A stretch of 64,000 bases of DNA from Rebecca billardiae RCC1528 (Eukaryota > Protista > Haptophyta), in the NCBI GenBank assembly GCA_965240325.2, contig OZ251242.1:1-64000 (forward strand). Direction: 5' to 3'. Every line of letters starts with the position of its first letter. Position 1 is the first letter of the stretch. Under the pieces are notes generated by a model that made no database searches, had not been told where the DNA came from, and worked only from the letters and a program-made list of their open reading frames with translations. Made by a program: the position numbers and the translations under genes. Below are positions 1 to 9,831 of this stretch, in pieces.

Positions 1-106
1 AGCAGCTCAGAATCTCCAGCCGAAATTCTGGGCGCCAGTACATACAGCCGCTCGGAACCTTCTGCTAACATTCTGGGCGGGACCATATGCAGCCAGTCAG
101 AATCGC

Positions 107-271
107 TGGGATTGGGATGGCCCAACCTCGGTTGGGATTAGGATGGGTTGGGATTGGCAGGATGGCCCAACCTGGGGTTGGTTGGGATTAGGATGGGTTG
201 GGATTGGGATTGGGATGGCCCAACCTGGGGTTGGGATTAGGATGGGTTGGGATTGGGATGGCCCAACATGG
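107..271. repeat. G-rich ~42-50 bp minisatellite (GGGATTGGGATGGCCCAACCTGGGGTTGGGATTAGGATGGGTT-like), about 4 copies
   Basis: GGATGGCCCAAC recurs four times among GGGATT/GGGTT runs. Confidence 0.85.
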
Positions 272-931
272 GGTGGCTCAGGCTCGACCGTTCAGGGCTT
301 GGCGTCCGCTGGCGTAGAGTGGCTGGGACCTGGCGTAAGGGGTGCGCAGGCTCGACAGGGCTGCACCAGCTGCCAGCTTGGGCCAGCAGAGAGCTCGGCG
401 ATGGCACCGATGGACCAGCCGGGTCGGCAGGGCCTGGGGCAGTGCCGATCAGCCTGGTGGTGGCTCAGGCTCGACCATTCAGGGCTTGGCGTCAGCTGGC
501 GTAGAGTGGCTGAGGCCTGGCGTAAGGGGTGTGCAGGCTCTACAGGGCTTCACCAGCTGCCAGCTTGGGCCAGCAGAGAGCTCGGCGATGGCACCGATGG
601 ACCAGCCGGGTCGGCAGGGCCTGGGGCAGTGCCGATCAGCCTGGTGGTGGCTCAGGCTCAACCATTCAGGGCATGGCGTCAGCTGGCGTAGAGTGGCTGA
701 GGCCTGGCGTAAGGGGTGTGCAGGCTCTACAGGGCTTCACCAGCTGCCAGCTTGGGCCAGCAGAGAGCTCGGCGATGGCGCCGATGGGCCAGCCGGGTGG
801 GCAGGGCCTGGGGCAGTGCCGATCAGCCTCGTGGTGGCTTGGGCTCTGCCTTTCAGGGCTTGGCATCAGCTGGCGTAGATTGGCTGGGACCTGGCGTAAG
901 GGGTGCGCAGGCTCCACAGGGCTGCACCAGC
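272..931. repeat. 187-bp tandem repeat, about 3.5 copies
   Basis: Units starting ggtggct at 272, 459, 646 and 833. Near-identical ORF translations shifted by 187 nt (342/529/716). Period is not a multiple of 3, so non-coding. Confidence 0.93.
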
Positions 932-1894
932 AGGGTCCCGAAAGCTGAGCCGACCATCAGCCTACCTGCTTGGCTCAGGCCGCCAGTCATCAGTTCAGAG
1001 CTCTGCATCAGCTCACCCAGAGTGGCAGAGGGCCTGTCCCTTAGGCTTGACAGCAGGGCAGCAGCAGTCAATGTGAGCTTGGTGCTTGTAGTACGCTTTG
1101 AGATTTTACAATACAAGGGCGACTACTGTTACACACACTGGAAGACTGTGCCTGCCCACACTCGACTGCGCACAGTATCACGATCGATGAACCAGAACAT
1201 ATCGACGCAGCACTGAGGACAGTGCCTGTCCGATCACCAGCTGCCAGCTCGGGCCAGCACAGCCTCCCAGGCCGGCTCTGCGTGGGCTGGGAGGGCTGGC
1301 GCCAGGCTGCGCCCCGGCTGCGCACTGGGCGCGCAGTGGTGAGGTTAGGAGAGACGCTGTGGCATGCAGTGGGTGCTGCTCTGTGCGCGCCCTTGTTGCA
1401 GGTTGAGCCAAGAGCACGAGGGGGGGGGGGGGGGGCAGCTTTGACAGGTGCTCAGCGCTCGAGCTGCCTGCCTCCCCAACACTGGCTTGCACTCGTCCGC
1501 ACCGCAGCATACTATTTAACGCCCAGAAAGGCAGTCAGCCACAGCCACTCTGCTTAGCAGCCATGCGCTTGCCCGGTCAACTGTCGTTGTCATCATCGAG
1601 GTCTCATCATCGATGATTGACAGCTCACAGCTGCAACTGGAGATCGACTGGCTTGTGCTGAGGCCAGCCACATTATTGCGGGATACTCCCAGCACAGAAT
1701 CAGGACGTATGTACAAGCAGTAGCTGCTCTCACCAGTTGCTGCTCACCAGAGTCAAGTAGGACTAGGCTAGCTTCAGATGGGGGGGAGGGGTGGGGCCTG
1801 CATCGACAGGTGCTATGCTCTGAGACTGCAGGCGCACCCTGCCAGCGTCACACCAGACAAGGCAGATCGGTGAGCTCACACTGGCTAGGTGACT

Positions 1895-2215
1895 GTACAC
1901 TGTACACTTCGTACACTTCTTGATTGTGCATCTGAATGTCATACACTATTGTACCCTTTGTACACTTCTCGGTTGTACATATGACTGTATCTGAATGTAC
2001 ATTTTGAATGCACATATTTGTGCACTTTGTATACTTGTTGATATTGTACATAAGAATGTATCCGAATGTACATTTTGAATGTACATATTTGTACACTCTG
2101 TACACTGATCGATTGCACATCTGAATGTATCTGAATGTACATTTTGAATGGATGTACACATTTTTCACTTTGTAAACTTTTGATTGTACATATGAAGGTA
2201 TCCGAATGTACATTG
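1895..2215. repeat. AT-rich ~70-bp minisatellite rich in TGTACA palindromes
   Basis: Core gtatc(t/c)gaatgtacatt recurs at ~70-bp spacing (units near 1973, 2044, 2113, 2184). Confidence 0.85.
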
Positions 2216-2222
2216 CAACAGT

Positions 2223-2499
2223 GCAGGTAAGGGTTAGGGCGCAGGTAAGGGTTAGGGCGCAGGTAAGGGTTAGGGCGCAGGTAAGGGTTAGGGCGCAGGT
2301 AAGGGTTAGGGCGCAGGTAAGGGTTAGGGCGCAGGTAAGGGTTAGGGCGCAGGTAAGGGTTAGGGCGCAGGTAAGGGTTAGGGCGCAGGTAAGGGTTAGG
2401 GTTAGGGTTAGGGTCGAGGTTAGGGTCGAGGTTAGGGTTAGGGTCGTGGTTAGGGTTAGGGTCGTGGTTAGGGTTAGGGTTAGGGTGGTGGTTAGGGTC
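2223..2499 (+). repeat. Interstitial telomere-like array: (GCAGGTAAGGGTTAGGGC)x10 followed by TTAGGG with TCGAGG/TCGTGG/TGGTGG variants
   Basis: Ten 18-bp units at 2223-2401, then in-register hexamers to ~2499. Confidence 0.92.
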
Positions 2500-2518
2500 G
2501 CCGGTACTAAAATGAGAA

Positions 2519-2631
2519 TTTCTCGAGATTGACCGAACCGATTTCAACGAGACTTGGGCTCTGCCATGGAAATGGGAAGGGCTAGGGGCCCTCCAATTTT
2601 GAGGGGATTCGGCTCGGTCAATCTCGAGAAA
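2519..2631. repeat. Imperfect ~27-bp inverted repeat with ~60-bp spacer
   Basis: Left arm ttctcgagattgaccgaaccgatttc (~2519-2545) pairs with ggattcggctcggtcaatctcgagaaa (2605-2631), about 3 mismatches. Confidence 0.8.
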
Positions 2632-3228
2632 ACATACTTCTAGGCGTCAGCTGGAGGCGGCCACCGCCCGACCGCCGTCCGAGCTGACCGGCCGGCCGGC
2701 TGGGTGCCACGGCACGCAGAGCGGCTGCAGCGCAAGCGCGGCGGCGGCAGGCGCAAGGGGCGCGCGGGCACCAGCATCCGCGCCCAAGCTACCCACTCTG
2801 CCGCGCTGCCGGGCACTGGCTCGCGGGCGCACCCAGCGCTCGTCGCCGCTCGGTGTAGCCCCGCTGCCGAGCGTGGACGGGTCGGCCGCTCGGCTGCCGA
2901 CCTACCGCGCGGCAGCGTTGGGTGAGGCGAGGAGCGGAGGTCCGCGCGAAGAGGCGCGCGCACGCGCAACGCGAGCGCTCTCTCGCGCACCGCCGCCTCC
3001 AGCGCTGCCCGAGGCGATGCCTCGCACGCTGGCCACCGCCGCCGCACCCGCTGCGCTGGCTGGCGCCCCCGGACGCCGGCTGTGACGTCTCGGCCGGCCG
3101 GGCAGCATGGTGGGCACGTGAGGAGAGCGAGGGCGCGCGTGCGCGCCGCGCGCGGCGCGTACGCGCTAACCGCGCGATCCACGCACACTGCGGGCATGCG
3201 CGCGGCGCCCTCACCACCGCCGCCGGCG

Positions 3229-4464
3229 CCGGTGGCGGCAGAAGGCTTGCACCTTGCTCTGCGCATTCAGTCATGAGGCTGTCGAAATAAGGCTCAAGGG
3301 TGGGGGCTGCCGCCCCCACACCCCCGCTTTTTTCTTCCGTGGGGGCTGCCGCCCCCACACCCCCGCTTTGGACCGCCTCCGAACGCTCGTTCAGCCCGCT
3401 CACTGCCGGCGGCGCCGGCGGCGGGCGCGGCGCGCGGGAGCAGCTCGGTGGCAGCCATCGTCGCCGGCGGCAATTTTTGGCGGTGGCATGGAAAAAACAA
3501 GTAGTCGTAGTATTCAAAAACCAATATTCGGACAGATTCGCCCGGTGAAACGGCCGCGCGCTGGACTGAGGCTCTGCTGCCGCCGCGCAATGGCGGCCGG
3601 CCCGCCCAGCGTCGTGGCTGGGCGACTCTGGAGGGTGAGAGCGGCGGAACGGCATATGAGAAGGGTCGGAAGAAGCTATCAGGCGACTCAGTGGGGCATG
3701 CTGGTCACGTCAGGCAGCTTTGTTGCCGCGCCCCCGACCCGCTCGCCACCTGCACTGTTGTTGGGCGCCGGTCGGGTCTGCAGCCGTGCGCCGAAGTAAA
3801 CTGGTGGTCGTAAGGCTGAAGGGGGGGGGCTGCCGCCGCCATACAGCCGCTCTTTATCTTGCGGGGCTGCCGCCTTCACACGCCCGCGCGCTCTTTCGGC
3901 CGCCTCCGCACGCTCGGTCAGCCCGCTCACCGCCAGCACCGGTGGCGGCAGAAGGCTTGCACCTTGCTCTGCGCATTCAGTCATGAGGCTGTCGAAATAG
4001 GGCTCTAGGGTGGGGGCTGCCGCCCCCACACCCCCGCTTTTTCTTCCGTGGGGGCTGCCGCCCCCACACCCCCGCTTTGGACCGCCTCCGAACGCTCGTT
4101 CAGCCCGCTCACTGCCGGCGGCGCCGGCGGCGGGCGCGGCGCGCGGGAGCAGCTCGGTGGCAGCCATCGTCGCCGGCGGCAATTTTTGGCGGTGGCATGG
4201 AAAAAACAAGTAGTCGTAGTATTCAAAAACCAATATTCGGACAGATTCGCCCGGTGAAACGGCCGCGCGCTGGACTGAGGCTCTGCTGCCGCCGCGCAAT
4301 GGCGGCCGGCCCGCCCAGCGTCGTGGCTGGGCGACTCTGGAGGGTGAGAGCGGCGGAACGGCATATGAGAAGGGTCGGAAGAAGCTATCAGGCGACTCAG
4401 TGGGGCATGCTGGTCACGTCAGGCAGCTTTGTTGCCGCGCCCCCGACCCGCTCGCCACCTGCAC
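3229..4464. repeat. Near-identical ~527-bp direct duplication (3229-3755 and 3939-4464)
   Basis: Offset 709-710 bp with very few differences. Each copy has two GGGGGCTGCCGCCCCCACACCCCCGC motifs. Confidence 0.92.
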
Positions 4465-5536
4465 GGTTGACGTGAGCCGGTCGGAGGCCCGGTCGGGCTC
4501 CGCCCGCCCACGCGACGAGCCAAGACTCGAGATCGGCATATGAGACTGCCGCCAAATAAATTGGGGAGGGGTCCTCATACCATGCCCATCACGACCAGCC
4601 GAGTGCGCGCGTGGCCCCGTGATTTTGGGGAGTGGGCACCTCTTATACATACCGCACGCGGCGCCAGGTGCGCACCCGCCCGCGCCACCGCGCCCAACGC
4701 AAGCGCTGCACCTCGGGCACGACCGCACGCCGATCGAGCAGTGCGCACGCTGACGAGAAGGGAGCGCGCTGCGCGCGAGCGCGCGCACGTGGTCCCGCGC
4801 AGTGGCGCGCGCGCAGCGCCATCGATCCATCGCGCACTCCTGCGCACTCCGCCCGCCCGCCACGGGCGCCGCGCCGAGCGCGCGCGCGCGCACGCGACAG
4901 CCCGCACCGGTCCGCCGGCCGCTGCGACCGTCGAGTGTGGCAACGCACGAGCGGTGCATCCGGCCGGTGCCGCAGGCAGCGCGGGCGTGGGCGCGCATGT
5001 GTCGGCCCAGCTCGATGTAGCACGCCGGCGCCCCGCGCCAGCCCGTGGTGCGCGGGCTGCCCGCCAACTCGCCTCACATACGCCGAGCGTGACGCCAGTC
5101 GACCGCCAGCCACCACGCACCGCACGGCTCCGCCTCCTGCGCCGGGGCAGCGAGGGCGCATGCTGGGCTTTCCGCAGCTGCTGCTCACCGGAGCCAGATA
5201 TGACGAGGTGGACGATGGGGGGCCGGGGCGAAGGCAGCTTCGACCGGTGCGGGGCGCTGGGCGGTAGGCATACCCACAATATCTGAGCCGCGCTGCCGGC
5301 CCACTCTGTTGTGCGCGCTGCGCACAGAGCGCGCCCCAGACGGCGGTCACCCATGGGGGCTCTCTGACAGACATGAGCTGCTCGTCCAGTCTCAGACAGG
5401 TCTGGCCGATCGGAACGCGCAGTTCAAGCCCGAGAGCGGGGTCGCTTGACCCAGAGCCTGGCAGCCTGCACCACTCAGCTGGCGGGCGGCGCCGAGCCCG
5501 AGTCAGCGGCCACTAGTGGGGACGGTAGCGCTCAGC

Positions 5537-6285
5537 AACTGACCCAGAGGCCGTGCGCGGGGCATCGGCCGACGTGGACGGCCGCAGTGGACCCTGGGCG
5601 AGCGGAACCCGCGAGGGCACTCCCATGCAAGTACCGCCCCGGTGCGCCGCCACAGCGTGAGCTCGGCGGCCGACGACTGGAGCCGCGGCGGGCGGGCGGA
5701 GCCGAGCCAGTGGCACACTGCGGGCCGAGCCATTCAAGTGGCACTCAGCGACGGACCCAGAGGCCGTACGCGGGGCATCGGCCGACGTGAACGTCCGCAG
5801 TGCTTCGGCGCGTGCCCTCAACCGACGCCCCCAGCGCCCGCGCGTCGGCCTAGAGCTCGGCCGCCCGCGCCAGCTGCGAGCGGTGGCAGTTCGTGCTAAT
5901 AATGGTGGGCCGTGCCCGTGAAGATCAAGATGCATGTGGCACGGCTGGGGCGCGCCCGTGAGGGGCCAGACGCCGCGCCCCACGAGTCAGGCTCGGTCTA
6001 CCGGTAGTATAGAGCGGCACTGCACCACCGCTTGGGTCGGGCGCGCCCTCAGCCGACGCCCCCAGTGTCCGCGCGTCGACGCAGCGCTCGGCCGCGCCGC
6101 CAGCGGTCGGTGCGCATTCGCGGGCTAAGCTGGCTGCGGGCAAGGGCTGACACGCTGGGGGGCGCTTAGGACTGGCCGGGCGCACCACCCCACGCCTCAG
6201 AGGCTCTGTCTACTGGTGGAGTAGAGCGGCACTGCACCGCCGTTTGCTTCGGGCTGCCCTCTCAGCCGACGCCCCCAGCGCCCAG
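5537..6285. repeat. Degenerate ~210-230-bp repeats downstream of, and overlapping the stop of, the primase gene
   Basis: gacccagaggccgt-cgcggggcatcggccgacgtg occurs at ~5541 and ~5754. ctca(a/g)ccgacgcccccag occurs at ~5817, ~6048 and ~6261. tagagcggcactgcacc occurs at ~6010 and ~6222. Confidence 0.7.
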
Positions 6286-7452
6286 GCCCACAGCTACGAG
6301 CAGCGCGGGCGCGCGTCCACTCAGCAGCGCGCGCAGCCCCGCCGCGCCGCGCGCGCCAAAGGCAACGGCGCGGACGGTGCGCCCGCGCGCGCCGTCGCGC
6401 GGCGCGCACGCCGCCGCGTTGCACCGCAGCTCCGCGCCCTCCGCACGCGCGAGGTAGTAGAGGCACAGCGTCGCGTGCTCGCGCCGCGCGTGCGGGCACG
6501 CGCGGCAGCGCGTGCCGCACAACCACGCGCCGGCGACGTGCCGCGTGCGCGCGGCAGAGACGGCTGGCGGGAGCGGAGGCCCGGGCGCACCGGCGAGCGC
6601 GTCGTTCACCGCGCGCAGCAGCGCGCCGCCACCATCCTCGCGGCCGCCGCGGCCGGCGGCGGCCGCGAGCGGCCGCGGCGGTGCGGCGGGCGGCGGCGGC
6701 GCGCGCGGCCGCTCGGCGGCGGGCCACGCGGCCGTGCGCACGCGCGCGCGCTCGGACCACCACAGCGGGTCGTCGCGCCGGCGGTCGGCGCGCGGCAGCT
6801 CGCGCGCGTACACCAGCGGCGCGCCCGCCGCCTCGCGCAGCGCGAGCGGCTCGTACGGCGCCGAGCCGTCGAGCTTGGGGCACCAGAGCATGCGCAGCCC
6901 GCCGCCGCCGTACACGCTCGCGTCGACGCACAGGCCGGGGTGCGCCGCGCGGAGGCCCGTGGCGTCGAGCGCGCGCGCGAGCGCCCCCGCCAGCCGGCAC
7001 GCCGCCACGGGCCCCACGAGCGCCTCGTCGCCAAAGTAGAGGTGGTAGCCGCCGCGCGCGAGCGGCCGGCCGGCCGCGTCGCGCCCCGCAGCGCTCGGCG
7101 CGCGCGTCGCGGCGTACATGGCGAGACGCGGCTCATGGAGCTCGGCGCAGAGCGCGTCGTGCAGGGCGGCGAGCAGCGTGCCCTCCTCCTCCCGCGTGAG
7201 CGCGCGCTCGAGCTTGGCGTCCACGTCCACGGCGAAGCGGCCGCGGACCGGGTCGAACCGCTCGACCACCATCGGCGCGGCGCCGCGCGCGCGCAGCGCG
7301 AGCAGCGCGCGGTCGAGCTCGGCGAGGCGGTGCGAGGCGACGAAGAGGCGGGCGCGCGGCACCACCTGGTGCGTCTCGAGCTGCGCGTACGCGCACGGGA
7401 ACGCGAGGCGGAGCTCGTCAGTCGCCGCATCGGCCGCGCCCCCGGCCGGCAT
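6262..7452 (-). CDS. Archaeo-eukaryotic primase (AEP)/PrimPol-like protein with C-terminal Zn-binding domain, NCLDV/herpesvirus-primase-like, intronless, 396 aa
   Basis: Motif I RFAVDVD (hhhDhD), motif II GYHLYF, motif III VDASVY followed by GLRMLWCPK and PY. C-terminal CPHARREH...LYY...RC..AC matches the C-H-C-C Zn finger of PrimPol/UL52-type primases. Confidence 0.8.
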   Translation of the reverse strand: MPAGGAADAATDELRLAFPCAYAQLETHQVVPRARLFVASHRLAELDRALLALRARGAAPMVVERFDPVRGRFAVDVDAKLERALTREEEGTLLAALHDALCAELHEPRLAMYAATRAPSAAGRDAAGRPLARGGYHLYFGDEALVGPVAACRLAGALARALDATGLRAAHPGLCVDASVYGGGGLRMLWCPKLDGSAPYEPLALREAAGAPLVYARELPRADRRRDDPLWWSERARVRTAAWPAAERPRAPPPPAAPPRPLAAAAGRGGREDGGGALLRAVNDALAGAPGPPLPPAVSAARTRHVAGAWLCGTRCRACPHARREHATLCLYYLARAEGAELRCNAAACAPRDGARGRTVRAVAFGARGAAGLRALLSGRAPALLVAVGLGAGGVG

Positions 7453-8796
7453 GCTGGGCGCACCCTCGGCGCCGAACGGCCCGCCGCGTGATCGTCGAGT
7501 CGTCGACGTCCGCCTCCTCTCGTGGTCGCCATGCTGCCGGGATTTGAGATTTCCTCATTTCCAGCGATCGGAACTCGGAAGCCAGCATGGCGGCGCTCCA
7601 TCCCCGCCGTCCGCCGGAGGGCGGCTTGTCGCGCGCGCCGGCGCCGTGGTGTGCGAGTGGATCCGCGCGCCGTGGGGGCACGCGCCCAGAGTGCGCATCG
7701 GCCAGCTCACAGCGCCCCACGCGCGCCCACGCGTGGCCATCGCGGCGGCGCTGGCGCACCGCCGCCCCTCGGCTCGGCCGCGCTGCCACGCAAACACTGC
7801 GCGGCCGCGCTGCGGCGGCCGCGCGCGGCCGCGCGAGCGCGCGGCCGAGCGGTCGAGCGCGCGTGCTGGGAGGATGCATTCGCGTCTCCGCCAGTCGCAC
7901 GCACGACGCCGCACAGTGCGCGATGCCAGCCAGCAACGCGCGAACTGCCGCCAGGTGTGCGCGCAGCGCTGGGCACGCGCTTGGCCGCTCGACGTAAAGG
8001 CTGCGCGACTCCTGCCCGCCACCGCCGACCGGCGGTGATCGCGCCAGAGTGTGCGCTCGCCTCGACCGCCCCGCGCCATGGCAAGGGACGGCCGCTCGCC
8101 CTCGAAGCGAGGCGCGTGCGCGAGCGGCGTGCGCGGCGCGGCCGTGATGGCGCGCACGGGTGGAGGATGGGGGCGCGGGGGCGGGGGCGGGCTGGGCCGG
8201 TGTGTTGCGCCAGCCACGACCGCTGCTCGCCGCCGCGATGGTCGCGCTCGACAGTGCTGCGACAGTGCTCGTCTCGGCCGCCGCGGCAAGGCGCGCCCGC
8301 TCCTTCGAAGTGAGGCGCGCGCTCGACCAGCCGCACCGCAGTGGGACGGCCGTGCGCAGATGAGCTGGCGCTCACGCGCGATGAGGAGCGCCCTGATGCT
8401 TGCCGCTCACTACGCGGCCCACCAGGCGGCCCACCAGGCGCAGGCTTGACGAAGGGTCTGATGGGGGGCCGGGGCGGGGGCAGCTTCGACCGGTGCGAGG
8501 CGCTGGGCCGGCTGTGGAGCTCCACGCCCGCAGCTTCCTGGCGTGCGCTTTGCAGCAGCACTCTGCGGGCGCCGCCGCGCGCGCGGAGCGCTCCGCTTGA
8601 GCGTGGCGCGGTCGCCGCAGCCTCGGTGCAGCACGCGCGCGCGCGACTGGCGACTGAACGCGGGCTCACACGTCCCAAAGCGCGAGAGCAGTGCCATCGG
8701 CAGCCGTAATGCGTGCGCTGCTCGGCGCTGCTGCTGCGCACCGCGCTCACACTCTGGCTGGGCCGCCCTCACCGCATGCGGGGATGCCCTGGCGGC

Positions 8797-9420
8797 CGCT
8801 GGATGGATCGGCGGCCTCTAGACGCGGTCCGACCGACCGACCCGACCCCCTCGACGGTCAGCCACGCCACTTGTCAGAGCGGACGCCGCCTCGCCGCGAA
8901 CGGAGGCCTCACGCGCACGGCCGCGCGGTCGCAGCGCCCAACCACCGCCCGCGAGCCGACCGCGCGAGTGCCGCGCTGCGAATGATCAGTGCACCAAAGC
9001 GAGTCGAGGCGCTGGGTGGATGCGCCTCAAGAGACGCGGTCCGACCGACCGACCCGACCCCCTCGACGGTCAGCCACGCCACCGGTTGGGGTGGGCGCCA
9101 CCTCGCCGCGAACAGAGGCCTCACGCGCACCGCCGCGCAGTCGCAGCATCGTCCAACCACCCGCCGCGCCGAGCTCACCGCTGGCCGCGCGCTGCAGGAG
9201 CGCGCGCAGTGCTGCGCCAGAATCGGTGCACCCAAGCGGGATATATGATGACTACTACGCGCGCTGGCGGATAGATGCTGGGTCCGCCGCCTCTAGAGAC
9301 GCGTTTCGACCGAATAACAATAAGTCGACTCCGCCCTGGACGGTCAGCCGCGCCGCCAGTCAGAGCGGACTCGGCGGCGATGCCGTCATCAACTGAAGCA
9401 TCACGCGCACTGCCGTGTTG
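8797..9420. repeat. Degenerate ~212-265-bp tandem repeat, 3 copies, with a (CCGA)n-like core
   Basis: gacgcggtccgaccgaccgacccgaccccctcgacggtcagccacgccac at 8821 and 9033, plus a diverged copy near 9298. Confidence 0.8.
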
Positions 9421-9831
9421 TCAAGCTGAGTGGCATAATGCCACTACCACTCTGCGGCGGCCAGCCGCGGGCGCAGCGCGCGTTGCTAATGCCTATACTC
9501 CGGGTGCGCTCGAGTGGGGTGACGCGCGCACTGCAACCCCAATAAGCCCCCATCATTTGGGGGGAATACTGCGCACGCATATCTCCAACTTCGCCAGAGC
9601 TCGCAGAGGAGCCGCCGTGAGTGAGTGGGCGACCTGCGCAGGTGGGCCTGCGCGGGGCCTGCGCGACTGCTTCTCGCCACCGCTGACCCGCGATGACCGC
9701 GCTCGAGCGCGCGCGGACCAGCCGCCACCTCGCGGCTACTACTACGCGACGAGCTTGGCGGAGGCGATGGAGCGCCCCATCGGCACCCGCCACCAGAGGC
9801 ACGCGCCGACGAATGCGATCGCCCCGTGCTA

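Noticed and set aside
1939-2547. ORFs with PNPYLR / QVRVRA repeats
   Set aside because: Translations of the telomere-like and AT-rich minisatellites.
2640-9400. Numerous 100-400 aa Arg/Ala/Gly-rich ORFs other than 6262-7452
   Set aside because: Expected by chance at this GC content. They overlap in all frames, show no recognisable motifs and often lie in repeats.
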